A stretch of 64,000 nt of DNA. Source: Ostreococcus lucimarinus (taxonomy: Eukaryota). The position numbers were made by a program, and so were the translations under genes. Below are positions 31,649 through 41,539 of this stretch, one piece after another. How positions within the stretch are numbered: the stretch's first letter is position 1; each line of letters begins with the position of its first letter. The stretch is taken from NCBI GenBank assembly GCA_000092065.1, contig CP000581.1, one strand, 5' to 3'. A model generated the notes under the pieces. It saw only the letters and a list, made by a program, of their open reading frames with translations. It was not told the origin of the DNA and searched no databases.

Positions 31649-33325
31649 ATGCTCGACGCCGGGGCGCGTCGTTTGGGTCGGTGTCACAACGCCCTCGTGA
31701 CGGCGCTGCTCACGGATACGTACCAGCTCACGATGGCGTACGCGTACTGGAGGAACGGCACGCACGACCGACGCGCGGTGTTCGAGCTGTTCTTTCGAGC
31801 GAACCCGTTCCAGGGCGAGTTCACCGTGTTCGCGGGGTTGGAGGAGGCGCTGCGATTCGTGAGCAACTTTGAGTTTACGGAGCGGGACGTGGAGTACTTG
31901 AAATCGACGCCCGTGGGGGAGAACATGGAGGATGAGTTCTTCGAGTTTCTCCTCGGACTCGACGCGAGCGAGGTGAGGGTATACGCGCAAAAGGAAGGGT
32001 CGGTGGTGTTCCCGAGGGTGCCGCTGTTGCGTCTCGAGGGACCGCTCGCGACGGTGCAGTTGCTCGAGACGACGCTGCTGTGTCTCGTCAACTACGCCAG
32101 TTTGTTGGCGACGAACGCGGCGAGGCATCGACTTGTGGCGGGGCAAAACGCGATGCTGCTCGAGTTTGGGTTGCGACGGGCGCAAGGGGTGGATGGAGGT
32201 GTGAGCGCGAGTCGGTACGCGTACCTCGGCGGTTTCGACGCCACGAGCAACGTCGAGGCGGGACGACAGTTTGGGATTCCAATCAAGGGCACGCACGCGC
32301 ACTCGTACGTGCAATCGCACGCGGGATGGGGTTGCGTGAAAAACCCCAAGCTAGTCGCCGCCGATGGCTCGGTGTGCGAAGACTTTCCCGCGCTCGTGTT
32401 GGAAAAGATGAAGAGTTTAGAGGCGATTCGAGACGACATGGAAGTCGACTTGCGGTGGAGCGAGACGAACACGAGCGAGCTGGCCGCTTTCACATCGTAC
32501 GCTCTCGCGTTTCCGAACGCGTTTTTGGCTCTCGTGGACACGTACAACGTTTTGCAAAGCGGTTTGCCAAACTTTTGCGCCGTCGCGTTGGCGCTTCGCG
32601 AGCTGGGGTACGCCGCCGTGGGGATTCGGCTCGACAGCGGTGATTTGTCGTACCTCAGTAAGCGCTCGCGAGCGTTTTTGCGTAACATCGAACGTTTGCT
32701 AGGGACGAAGATTGCGGATAACTTGAGCGCGGTGTCCATCACGGCGTCGAACGACATCCACGAGGAGGTGTTGTATTCGCTTCGCCAACACGGGCACGAG
32801 ATTGATGCGTTCGGCATAGGCACGCATCTCGTCACGTGCTTGAAACAACCCGCACTGGGATGTGTGTACAAGCTCGTTGAAGTCGACGGAACGCCGCGAA
32901 TCAAACTGAGCGAGGATATCGGCAAGGTGACGATTCCTGGGTGCAAGAATGGCTATCGCCTCTTTTCGCAGACGGGAGAAGCCATCGTAGACGTGATGAC
33001 GCGCGTGGGCGAGCCCGTACCGAAGGTTGGCGAACGGATGTTGTGTCGTCATCCGTTCATGGAGAGCAAACGCGCGTACGTCGTTCCATCCAAGGTGGCA
33101 CCATTGTTTGATTTAGTTTGGGACGGCGCGCGCGGCGTGGACCCGCAAGTAGATTTGAGTTTAGAAACCTCCCGCGCTCGATGCAAGGAGTCGATTCGTC
33201 AGCTGCGCGCGGACCATTTGCGGTACACCAATCCGACGCCGTACAAAGTGAGCGTGTCTGCGTCGCTGTACGATTTCATCCACGATTTGTGGCTCGCCGA
33301 GGCGCCCGTGGGCGAGTTGCGCTAG
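31649..33325 (+). CDS. NAPRT: Nicotinate phosphoribosyltransferase.
   Basis: LLTDTYQLTMAYAYWRNG, FELFFRANPFQGEFTVFAGLEEALRFV and the C-terminal GIGTHLVTC...GCVYKLVEVDGTPRIKLSED align to NAPRT over the full length. The track ORF starts at 31145 and overlaps PSMB6; I trimmed to the ATG at 31649. Confidence 0.9.
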   Translation: MLDAGARRLGRCHNALVTALLTDTYQLTMAYAYWRNGTHDRRAVFELFFRANPFQGEFTVFAGLEEALRFVSNFEFTERDVEYLKSTPVGENMEDEFFEFLLGLDASEVRVYAQKEGSVVFPRVPLLRLEGPLATVQLLETTLLCLVNYASLLATNAARHRLVAGQNAMLLEFGLRRAQGVDGGVSASRYAYLGGFDATSNVEAGRQFGIPIKGTHAHSYVQSHAGWGCVKNPKLVAADGSVCEDFPALVLEKMKSLEAIRDDMEVDLRWSETNTSELAAFTSYALAFPNAFLALVDTYNVLQSGLPNFCAVALALRELGYAAVGIRLDSGDLSYLSKRSRAFLRNIERLLGTKIADNLSAVSITASNDIHEEVLYSLRQHGHEIDAFGIGTHLVTCLKQPALGCVYKLVEVDGTPRIKLSEDIGKVTIPGCKNGYRLFSQTGEAIVDVMTRVGEPVPKVGERMLCRHPFMESKRAYVVPSKVAPLFDLVWDGARGVDPQVDLSLETSRARCKESIRQLRADHLRYTNPTPYKVSVSASLYDFIHDLWLAEAPVGELR

Positions 33326-33433
33326 CGGCGAACGAGGAAAACTATTAAATATAGGTTCATCATCTATTCGTTCTTCTTTGGTACTAAATGAATTGCTATG
33401 TGCTATCGAACACTCGTGTGTGTGTGTGTTCCA

Positions 33434-34702
33434 TCACTCGTCTTCGTCGTCCGTCGGCACCCATCGCGGCGCCGCTTGGCTCAGCGGTAAGATTTCTTCG
33501 TCGTGCCAGTCTTCGTCTTCCGAAGTCGTCGGCGAAGATTTGCCCCCCAACGCGCTCGTCTTGTTCTCGTCGTCGGTACCGATAGAAATCACTTCGGTGG
33601 TTTGCGTTTCGCCGCTTGCCTCTTCCTTTGCAGCCTTTTGTCTACTTCGAACTTCCTCGATGAGTCGAGCGAAGGTGGCGTCGCTCGTCTTCGCCGCCGC
33701 CGCCGTCGCCTTCTCCCTGCTCGTCGCCACCGTGTTGAACATGCGAGCTTTGGCGCCCGCACCTACCTTGCGCGCTTCTTCGCGATTGACTTCACGCGCG
33801 ATCGCGGGTAAATCCGGCACGCGTCCGTATCCTATGATGGAATTCACGCGCGTCGTGAACTCCTTGTGCCTCGCCTCGAGCATCTTTTTGTCGCCGTTGG
33901 ACGCCAAGCCTTCTTTTTTGCACAGCTCGCGTATCTTGTTCAACGTGAAGACGTGATACGCAAGCTTTGGCAGTCGACGCGTGAGAGCCGTCGACGTCGT
34001 TTCTTCAACCGAACGCGCGCGTTTCTTTGCGCCCCCCCCGCCCGGCGACGAAAGCGGTTCGTTGCGCACCAAACACGAGTTGAGATGAGAGTTAATCTCC
34101 CTCGACGGCACTTGCGCGCAACACACCGGACACGCGACGTTATCAGAACCGTCTCGCCTGTGCGCCGTCGGCGACGTTCCGAGCCCCCCATCCGTCGCGG
34201 AATCGCTCGCGTCGTTTCCGTCTCCGTCGTCGTCGCTTCCGTCGTCCAACACGATGGCCCCATCGTCTTCGAATTCGTCCGCCTGTTCGATCACCGGTCG
34301 AGCCACTTTCGCTCGCGACGTCCTCTCCGCGCGTCGTTGGCTCGTTTTCGTCGCCGCCGCCGTCCTCGCCGTCAACGCCGCGTCGAGGAGTTCGTCGCGA
34401 ATCTTTTTAAATCTCTCCACCACCTCCTCCAGCGCCTTCGCCGGGACTAAATCCGACTCCTCCGCCGGTTCGCGGCACGTCGGACACTTGTGCATCGTCG
34501 GCAGCGATCTTCGCGCGCAATCGGAGCAGAACGCGTGCTGACACGCGCGAAACGTCACCGGCATGGCGTAAAACTCGGCGCAAATCGCGCATCGCAGCGA
34601 CGCGTCGAAATCGCGCTGCGGCACCGTCGGCCACGCCTCGGCGACGTCCGAGTGCTTCGGTTTCGCGCTCGCGAACGCCGACGCGATCGTTCGACGCGAC
34701 AT
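33434..34702 (-). CDS. RAD18: RAD18-like E3 ubiquitin ligase with RING, UBZ-type zinc finger and SAP domain.
   Basis: The C3HC4 RING is LRCAICAEFYAMPVTFRACQHAFCSDCARRSLPTMHKCPTCR. The Rad18-type zinc finger is VACPVCCAQVPSREINSHLNSC. The SAP domain is LPKLAYHVFTLNKIRELCKKEGLASNGDKKMLEARHKEF. I trimmed the start to the Met at 34702 (MSRRTIASAF...). Confidence 0.7.
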   Translation of the reverse strand: MSRRTIASAFASAKPKHSDVAEAWPTVPQRDFDASLRCAICAEFYAMPVTFRACQHAFCSDCARRSLPTMHKCPTCREPAEESDLVPAKALEEVVERFKKIRDELLDAALTARTAAATKTSQRRAERTSRAKVARPVIEQADEFEDDGAIVLDDGSDDDGDGNDASDSATDGGLGTSPTAHRRDGSDNVACPVCCAQVPSREINSHLNSCLVRNEPLSSPGGGGAKKRARSVEETTSTALTRRLPKLAYHVFTLNKIRELCKKEGLASNGDKKMLEARHKEFTTRVNSIIGYGRVPDLPAIAREVNREEARKVGAGAKARMFNTVATSREKATAAAAKTSDATFARLIEEVRSRQKAAKEEASGETQTTEVISIGTDDENKTSALGGKSSPTTSEDEDWHDEEILPLSQAAPRWVPTDDEDE

Positions 34703-34886
34703 CGCGCGCGGGAGACTGGCGCGACGGCGCGGGAAGCGAGCGCTCGGGCGTCGGTCCCCTCGTCGTCGAAACAAACAACCCGTAACTTTGCGCGCGCGCC
34801 CGATTTTGCCAGGTGCCCGGATCTTTATGCGTTCTCCACCTATCTGATGGCGCATAACGGCGTATAATGCGACGTTTACCGCGATC

Positions 34887-34902
34887 GGGGTCGTAGCTCA
34901 AA

Positions 34903-34944
<42 letters not shown>

Positions 34945-34959
34945 TACTTGGCGACTCCA
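34887..34959 (+). tRNA. tRNA-Ala(AGC).
   Basis: GGGGTCGTAGCTCAAATGGTAGAGCGCGCGCTTAGCATGCGCGAGGTACCGAGATCGATACTTGGCGACTCCA folds as a cloverleaf. The acceptor stem carries the G3:U70 alanine identity pair, the anticodon loop is CTTAGCATG and a T-loop ATCGATA is present. CCA is not encoded. Confidence 0.85.
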
Positions 34960-35474
34960 TGCGGCGAAGGATGTCCGGACATCCTAAACGCATCTTTTTT
35001 TTGGGCGAACGGTTGTCGTTGACATCGCGCCGAAGCGGTACGTCCGCGCGCTGACGACGCTCGCGCGCGCTCGCGAGTCCGAGCGCACTTTTTGTTCCTG
35101 TATGGGCTTCTTTTCGCTTCACTCATATTTTGCAGTTTGTTTTCCTATCACTTTTATACCTCCTCAATGCTTACTGGTAATCACTGTGGTACCACACCCA
35201 GTTGTCGGACATTTTTAGAGAGATCAAGAGGACGCGGAGATGTTCGCCGCAAAGCGCGCGTAGAAGCCGCCCGATACGCGCGCTGCTCATACATTGATTG
35301 CGTGGTACGCATCGTCGATCGATATCGATGGTCTCCATGTTACAAGGTGTATCGCCGCTAAAGGTGTCGTCGTCGTCCGTTCGTCGTTCGCTCGGCTCGA
35401 TCGAGTCCCGCGTCTGAAAACCGACGCTCCGGTCGAATCACGACCGCGACGACGACGGTTATTGCTTTCGTCTT

Positions 35475-35804
35475 CTAATGATGCCCACCTCCCGGCACGC
35501 GCTTGTGCACGAACCACTCGGAACCGATGAGCATCGGCGGCGCGCCTTCCTCGAGGCGTCCCCAGTGAATGATGGAGTCGTCGTCCGGATCGGGCGAGCC
35601 CACGACGCGATACTCCATCGTCGACTCCACCACGCACGGCGATTCTTTCGTCCCCGTCGGCGCGCGCAAAAATGCGTGATGATCGAAGATATCTTCCCCC
35701 TTGAGCCGCCCCTCGAGCTCCGCCTTGTACAAACCCGTGGCGTTTTCCAAGTTGGTCACCACGCCCCCCCCGCTGTACGCCCGCGCGGACGTCCCGAGCG
35801 CGGC
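35475..35804 (-). CDS. COX5B: Cytochrome c oxidase subunit 5b, plant-type. This is the 3' exon; the 5' exon with the presequence was not resolved.
   Basis: ...NATGLYKAELEGRLKGEDIFDHHAFLRAPTGTKESPCVVESTMEYRVVGSPDPDDDSIIHWGRLEEGAPPMLIGSEWFVHKRV aligns with Arabidopsis COX5b (IATGHEKEELEAELEGRRLDDIDFPEGPFGTKEAPAIVKSYYDKRIVGC...). The track ORF 'start' at 35762 is a GTG. A GCGCGCAG acceptor candidate sits at 35805-35812 with an ACTGAC branch motif at 35837-35842 upstream. Confidence 0.55.
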   Translation of the reverse strand, partial: AALGTSARAYSGGGVVTNLENATGLYKAELEGRLKGEDIFDHHAFLRAPTGTKESPCVVESTMEYRVVGSPDPDDDSIIHWGRLEEGAPPMLIGSEWFVHKRVPGGGHH

Positions 35805-36348
35805 CTGCGCGCGTGCACCGCGACCGCGCGTTCACCGTCAGTCTCGCGCTCGCGTCGCGATCACCACCGCGCGTCTTCGCGCGCCGCGTTCGCGCTTTCG
35901 CGCGCGTCGAATCGATCGTTCGATCGAGTCGCGCGCGGCGTTCCCCCGTCGTCGTCGCGCGCGCGCGCGCGTCGTCGTCGTCGCACCTCGACCCGCCGGC
36001 GCGTCACCGCCATGATCGATCGTCGAAGCATCGCGATCGTCGTCGCGCGTCGCCGTCCGCCGTCGCGTCGCGTCGCGTCGCGTCGTCGCGTCGCCGTCGT
36101 CGGCCCGACGCCCCCGAGTCCCCCGATCGTCGAGTCACGAACGGTCGAATCGCGCGAAAATCACGAAATGCCGTCCTGTATTTTTTCCGTCGGGAGGTCA
36201 CGCCCAAAGCCCTAAAACGCGAGCGCGATCGCGCGGCGCGCGAATCCGTCTTTTCGCGACGCGCCGTGTCGGTGAACGCTCGATCCGTCGCTCGTAAACG
36301 ACGCTTGATACTCTCGCACACCGCGCGACGTAACTCAAATCTCTCGAC

Positions 36349-36807
36349 ATGGGTCGCATGCACACGCCCGGGAAGGGCATGTCCGGCTCCGCCTTGCCCT
36401 ACAAGCGCTCGGCGCCGAGCTGGTTGAAGGTCACGCCGACGGAGGTGACGGAGATGATCACCAAGATGGCGAAGAAGGGCATGACGCCGTCGCAGATCGG
36501 CGTGGCGCTGCGCGATAACCACGGCATCGCGCAGGTGAGCTCGGTGACGAACTCGAAGGTTTTGCGAATCTTGCGGGGGCAAGGGCTCGCGCCGGGGATT
36601 CCGGAAGATCTTTATTGTTTGATCAAGAAGGCGGTGAGCGTGCGCAAGCACTTGGAGCGCAACCGTAAGGATATGGACTCCAAGTTCCGCTTGATTCTCA
36701 TCGAATCTCGCATTCACCGCTTGGCGCGATACTACAAGCTCGCCAAGAAGCTCGAGCCGTCGTTCAAGTACAACTCGGCGAGCGCCGCGACGCTCTTGAC
36801 GACGTAA
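36349..36807 (+). CDS. RPS13: 40S ribosomal protein S13 (uS15).
   Basis: Full-length 151-aa match: [29 protein letters not shown]...RLARYYK. Confidence 0.95.
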   Translation: MGRMHTPGKGMSGSALPYKRSAPSWLKVTPTEVTEMITKMAKKGMTPSQIGVALRDNHGIAQVSSVTNSKVLRILRGQGLAPGIPEDLYCLIKKAVSVRKHLERNRKDMDSKFRLILIESRIHRLARYYKLAKKLEPSFKYNSASAATLLTT

Positions 36808-37068
36808 ACTTAGCACACGGAGGAACGGGAAACGGAGGAAGAGAAGATGTCTTAGGTTGTAAAGATCATCCATCTTTGAGTCATTACATTTTTCGCGTCA
36901 TCGTTCTCACGCGCGCGCTCTGGGCGTTTGAATGGCGCGTCGGAGCGCAATCCAATCCTAAAACACCGCACAACTTAGCGCGCATCGTCGCCCGCGCGTC
37001 GCGTCGCGCGAGTCTCGATCGAGTCGCCGCGCGATTAAGCGACGCGTCGTCATCGCGTCGTCGTCGCG

Positions 37069-39519
37069 ATGTCGACGACGCGAAGAAGCGCGCGATTGGG
37101 CTCGATGGCGAAAGATTCCGATGCCGAAACGTCCGGCGCGACGGTGGCGCTGAGCGATGCGCCCGTGGTGCGACGACGCGCGAGCGCACAGCGTAAACGC
37201 GAACGCTCGCCTGAAACGACGGAGGTGGCGCAGTCGAGCGCGAGATCGCGACCGCAGAGCTCTCGGCGGGCGTTGGCGTCGACGGCGAAGGCGGCGCGCG
37301 CGGCGGCGAGAAAGATGAAGGAAGCGGACGGTGATGGCGAGCACGACGACGATGACGTTCAAGGCACCGCTGGTGAAACCTCGGATGATCCCATGGAGAT
37401 CGTCCGCACGGATGGTGCGCTGGTGAACGCGTACGAGGCGACGAACATGGTTAAATCGGCGCTCGTTGCTGAATTCGAACGCCGAGGGGAAAAATTGATC
37501 GAGCTCGAGCGCGAGGCGCACGCGTTGAAACAGAAAACGAAGAGCGCGGAATCACTGTTAGCGGCGACGACGGCGGAGGTGGAGTCTTTGCGCGAGATGA
37601 AGTCAGATCATGAAAAGAGCAAGGTTGCGATGCGAGAGGAACTCGCCGAGGAGCGACAGGCGAACATGTTGGCGCTCGAGCGCGAGGTCGGACGCGCGTG
37701 CGAGGCAGAATCGCGCGTTAAAACGTTAGCCGAAGAGTTGTCCGCGATGAAAGAAACTTTGGCTGCGATCGAACGCGAACGTGCGGAGGATTCCGCTGAA
37801 GACGACGCCGAGCGCTATCCGAGCGATTTCGCGGAGAAAAACGCCGAGTTGGAGTACTCCGTCGCGTGTTTACAGGACGAAGTTTCGAATCTTAAGAAGG
37901 AAAATGTGTCTTTACAAGCACGCTTTCAAACGGTCGAGGCTGAGCGCGTGGAGGTGACGACGCGCGCGGAGCAAGCCGAAGAGGCGCTTCGCGAGTGCGA
38001 ATCCTTGGTGGCGCAGGCGGAAGCCACGGTGCTGGACATTAGAAGAGAAGCGGATGACGCCAAGCTCGCGCGAGGCGCGGATGGCGACGAAGAATCGAGT
38101 AAGATTATCGAAGACTTACGAGGGATGAACAGGACTTTACAAGAAGAGCTCAGAGTCGCGACTCGAGAAGCGGCGGAGGTGAAGACGTTGCGTCGCAAAG
38201 CTGAGTTCGCGGCGACGTGCGAAGAGCGCGCCATGGCTGCGGAATCGCGCGCGCTTCGCGCCGAGGCGAGCGTGATCGATACGTCATCTTTACAAGCACG
38301 ACTTTCAAAGCTCGAGTATCTCGAAAACGATTGGGCGTCAGTCATCGATCGTTTGTCGCCGGGGAGCGTAAAGGTGCCGTCAGATCTCGTCGAGCGCGTC
38401 ATCTCGCTCGAGACGCGTCTCACGTCGCAGACTGGCGAACAAGGAAAGATGATGTCCGATCTTGCGCAAGCTCAAATGAAAGAAACTGCGGCTACGCGTC
38501 GGGCCACCGAGGCCGAGGAAAAGTATCAGAAAATTGAATCCAGCGCCTCAAGCGCCGTCGAGGCGCTCGCCGTGGCGGAGCGTCAAATCGCGATGATGAA
38601 GGGGCAAGTCGAGAGCTTGAATAGAATCGTTAAGTCCTACGAAGACGAAGGTAACGCCGCGGCGGCAAGGAAATCGACTGAAAAGGAGAAATCCAAGGCT
38701 GCGTCCGATCGTGCGATGAAGGAGCTCGAAAAGCTACTCGCCCACGCGAAGGAACGAATCGCCGTGCTCGACGGCGAGTTGAGCGAAGCCAAGACGCGAG
38801 CCGAAACCGCCGAAGCCGCCGCGACAGCCGCGGCCGCGGCGTTGCCGGTGGAGAACCCAGTGACTCTTGCGCGCATCGAAACGCTCGAACGCGAGCGCGA
38901 AGAGCTGTTAGAGCGACTGAAAAGAGAGAGCGCACAGGAAGATGACTCTAAAGCCTTGAAGGTGCTTCACTTCAAATCCAACCCCGTCGCCTCGGCGATG
39001 CGAAGCGCGTTGGAAAAAGAAGTCGAATCGCTGCGAAGCGAAGCCGCTGGCTTGCGTGAGGCGTTGTCCAAGTTACAACAAGGTTCGGTAAGCTCCGCGA
39101 GCGAGGCCGACATGACCGTGATGAAGCGAAAATTGGAAGATTTGCAAAAGCGCGAACAGCGCCTGATGACTGTGTTCAAGCGTCAAATCTCCGCCTTTCG
39201 CGAGGCGTGCCACAAAATCTTTGGCTACAAGATTGAAATGAACGAAGACGCCGGCGCGTGTACGTTCACGCTCACTTCCGATTACGCCACTAACCCCACC
39301 GACGCCTTCGCGTTCAAGTACGACGATAAATCCAGCACGGTATCGCTCAAAGAAACCCCCTTCGTCGCCGCGCCGGAGATTCGGCGCAGCGTCGAAACCT
39401 TCGTCACGCGCATGCGTTCCATCCCAGCCTTCATCGCCAACCACACCATCGAGACCTTCAATCAACGCGACGACGACGTCGACGTCGACGACGACGGCGT
39501 CGACGCCATGGACGCGTGA
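37069..39519 (+). CDS. MAD1: Spindle assembly checkpoint protein MAD1.
   Basis: A long coiled coil is followed by a C-terminal domain QISAFREACHKIFGYKIEMNEDAGACTFTLTSDYATNPTDAFAFKYDD...RSIPAFIANHTIETF that aligns to MAD1 ([20 protein letters not shown]...DSIPAFLSSLTLELF). Confidence 0.8.
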   Translation: MSTTRRSARLGSMAKDSDAETSGATVALSDAPVVRRRASAQRKRERSPETTEVAQSSARSRPQSSRRALASTAKAARAAARKMKEADGDGEHDDDDVQGTAGETSDDPMEIVRTDGALVNAYEATNMVKSALVAEFERRGEKLIELEREAHALKQKTKSAESLLAATTAEVESLREMKSDHEKSKVAMREELAEERQANMLALEREVGRACEAESRVKTLAEELSAMKETLAAIERERAEDSAEDDAERYPSDFAEKNAELEYSVACLQDEVSNLKKENVSLQARFQTVEAERVEVTTRAEQAEEALRECESLVAQAEATVLDIRREADDAKLARGADGDEESSKIIEDLRGMNRTLQEELRVATREAAEVKTLRRKAEFAATCEERAMAAESRALRAEASVIDTSSLQARLSKLEYLENDWASVIDRLSPGSVKVPSDLVERVISLETRLTSQTGEQGKMMSDLAQAQMKETAATRRATEAEEKYQKIESSASSAVEALAVAERQIAMMKGQVESLNRIVKSYEDEGNAAAARKSTEKEKSKAASDRAMKELEKLLAHAKERIAVLDGELSEAKTRAETAEAAATAAAAALPVENPVTLARIETLEREREELLERLKRESAQEDDSKALKVLHFKSNPVASAMRSALEKEVESLRSEAAGLREALSKLQQGSVSSASEADMTVMKRKLEDLQKREQRLMTVFKRQISAFREACHKIFGYKIEMNEDAGACTFTLTSDYATNPTDAFAFKYDDKSSTVSLKETPFVAAPEIRRSVETFVTRMRSIPAFIANHTIETFNQRDDDVDVDDDGVDAMDA

Positions 39520-39616
39520 TCACCGCTCATAGTTTATAGCGCGGCGCCTCGAGCGCCGCTGTAAGACGCGCGCGCACGCCACATCCGCTCGCGTTCGATC
39601 GTCCTCGCGCGCGTCC

Positions 39617-40396
39617 ATGTTCGCCCTCGCGCCCGCGTTCGCGCCTCGCGCGCCCGCGTCTGGCGCGCCTCGCGCGTCTGGCGCGCGTCGCGTCGTCGTC
39701 GCGCGCGCCGCCGCGCCGTCGCCGTCGTCGTCGTCGTCGTCGCGTCGCGTCGCGCTCGCGCTCGCGTCGTCGCTCGCGGCGTTCCTGCGCCCGCGCGCGA
39801 GCGACGCGGCGTACGGCACGAGCGCCGGGGGTTCGAGCGACACCGACGCGAGCGACTTGACGTGGGGCACGTTCTACGGCGCGGCGAACCCGCCGGCGAC
39901 GTACGGGACCACGGGCGGGACGACGAAGTCGCTGGCGAAGTACTCGTACGACGTGCCGAGCTCGTGGGTCGAGGAAGCGACGACGAAGGTGGAGAAGGGA
40001 AGCGGCGGACAAGACTCTCGATGGGTGAAGAGAGGCTCGCGAGGAGAGGAAAAAGCGTACCTGCTGACGCTGAACAGGGCGGGTCAGGATGGGGCGGCGT
40101 TCGAGCTCACGGACGCGTCGCTGCAAGCCGTGGCGGGAGCGCTCAGCGAGATGCAAGATTCGATCGCGTCGGGACGCGTGACGAGTCGACGCGATACCGA
40201 GGACGGTAGGGAGTACGCGCTGTTCGATGTCGACGCCGATCGAAAGTACACGGTGAAGATCTCGATCGACAACACCGGGAGACTGTTCGCGTTCGTCGTC
40301 ACGGCGCCGGCTTCGCAGTTTAATCGCGATAAAAAGGTGCTCGATAGAATGGTGGATTCGTTTCGGATTTACACCAGCGCGTCTCAGTTTGTGTAA
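39617..40396 (+). CDS. PsbP-domain protein (thylakoid-lumen PsbP-like) with a twin-arginine signal.
   Basis: The N-terminus is Ala/Ser-rich with RRVALALASSLAAF (RR followed by a hydrophobic stretch, Tat-like). The PsbP-family pattern is ...YSYDVPSSWVEE...KAYLLTLNRAG...EYALFDVDADRKYTVKISIDNTGRLFAFVVTAPASQF. Confidence 0.6.
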   Translation: MFALAPAFAPRAPASGAPRASGARRVVVARAAAPSPSSSSSSRRVALALASSLAAFLRPRASDAAYGTSAGGSSDTDASDLTWGTFYGAANPPATYGTTGGTTKSLAKYSYDVPSSWVEEATTKVEKGSGGQDSRWVKRGSRGEEKAYLLTLNRAGQDGAAFELTDASLQAVAGALSEMQDSIASGRVTSRRDTEDGREYALFDVDADRKYTVKISIDNTGRLFAFVVTAPASQFNRDKKVLDRMVDSFRIYTSASQFV

Positions 40397-40444
40397 CATC
40401 GTCAAGAGTTTGTGTAAACGGTGCGCGGCTATTGTTGTTACGTT

Positions 40445-41380
40445 TCATCGTCGCCAGAGATCGAGCGGAACGTATTCGCGATCGGAATCGACGCGAAGCG
40501 GAATCTGCTCCAAGCCGTATTTTTCGCACAACGCGTCTGTGAGAAACGTCCCCGCGACGACGTGCGTTTGCGCCATGCGCTTCACGCGAGGTCGCGGTTC
40601 GCCGCGCGCGGGATCGTCCAACGTCGCGCAGCACTGCTTCGGCGCCGTGAGCGAGACGAGCAAGTCGGGGACGAAGATGTCGCCGTCGTCTGGCGCGCCC
40701 GCGTCGACGTCCCAACCGCTCGGAATGTCCAAGCTCACCGTGAACGTCTCGCGCGCGTCCCCGTTCGTGAGCGCGACCAACGCGTTCAAAACATTCACGA
40801 ACGGCGCTCGCACGGCGCCTTTGAATGAAAAACCAAACAGAGCGTCGACGAAACATCGCGGCGTCGCCGCCGCCGACGTCGCGCGCTCCCGCATCATCCC
40901 CAACACCGCGTCCTCGTCCACGAACTCCACGTTCGCCGTCTCTCGACACTCTCTCACCAACTCGCCGTACAATTCGTTCGTCCCCGCCCCCTTCGGGTAC
41001 CACACCGACACCCGCGCGTCTCTTCGCCGCGTCGCGACCTCTCGCGCCAGCGCCAAACCGTCCCCTCCGTTGTTCCCCGGTCCGCACAGCACCACGAAAT
41101 CCGTCCCCCCGAACGCGTCCAACGTCGCCGTCGCCGCCGCGCGTCCCGCCGCGCGCATCAGCGCCTCCAACGACCGCGCCTCGCACGCGCGTCCCGCCGT
41201 CAAGTCCTCGTCCAACCGCCTCGCCGCGTCGCTCGTCAAAAACGCGCCGTCGCGCGCGCGTCGCGCCCGCGCCGGCGTCCCGGACGCGCCGCGCGTCCGC
41301 ATCCGCGCGCGCGCCGCCGCGCGCGCGCGCGCGATCGCCGTCGCCGTCGCCGCGCGCGCGCGCGCGTCGCGCGATGCCAT
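40445..41380 (-). CDS. NAXE: NAD(P)H-hydrate epimerase with a YjeF-N domain (AIBP/NAXE).
   Basis: FVVLCGPGNNGGDGLALAREV and FTVSLDIPSGWDVDAG match NAXE. I trimmed the start to the Met at 41380; the ORF extends to 41599. Confidence 0.8.
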   Translation of the reverse strand: MASRDARARAATATAIARARAAARARMRTRGASGTPARARRARDGAFLTSDAARRLDEDLTAGRACEARSLEALMRAAGRAAATATLDAFGGTDFVVLCGPGNNGGDGLALAREVATRRRDARVSVWYPKGAGTNELYGELVRECRETANVEFVDEDAVLGMMRERATSAAATPRCFVDALFGFSFKGAVRAPFVNVLNALVALTNGDARETFTVSLDIPSGWDVDAGAPDDGDIFVPDLLVSLTAPKQCCATLDDPARGEPRPRVKRMAQTHVVAGTFLTDALCEKYGLEQIPLRVDSDREYVPLDLWRR

Positions 41381-41539
41381 CGATCGCGTCGTCGATCGAT
41401 CGATCGCCCGCCAACCTCGATCGCGGTTCGCCGACGCCGGGTTCGCGAACCTCGATTTTCGCCCCGCGCGGTGGCGCGCGGGGCGGTGCGACGCGTCGGC
41501 GCGCGGTGCGACGCGCGTCACAACACGCGCGACGCCGCG

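Noticed and set aside
35760-35762. ORF-track 'M' starts that are actually GTG. They were verified at 35762 (COX5b) and 41952 (eIF5A exon 2).
   Set aside because: These are nuclear eukaryotic genes and the GTGs sit inside exons that begin at splice acceptors. They are not alternative initiation codons.
36004-36873. 289-aa minus-strand ORF overlapping RPS13.
   Set aside because: It is antisense to a perfectly conserved ribosomal protein S13 gene.
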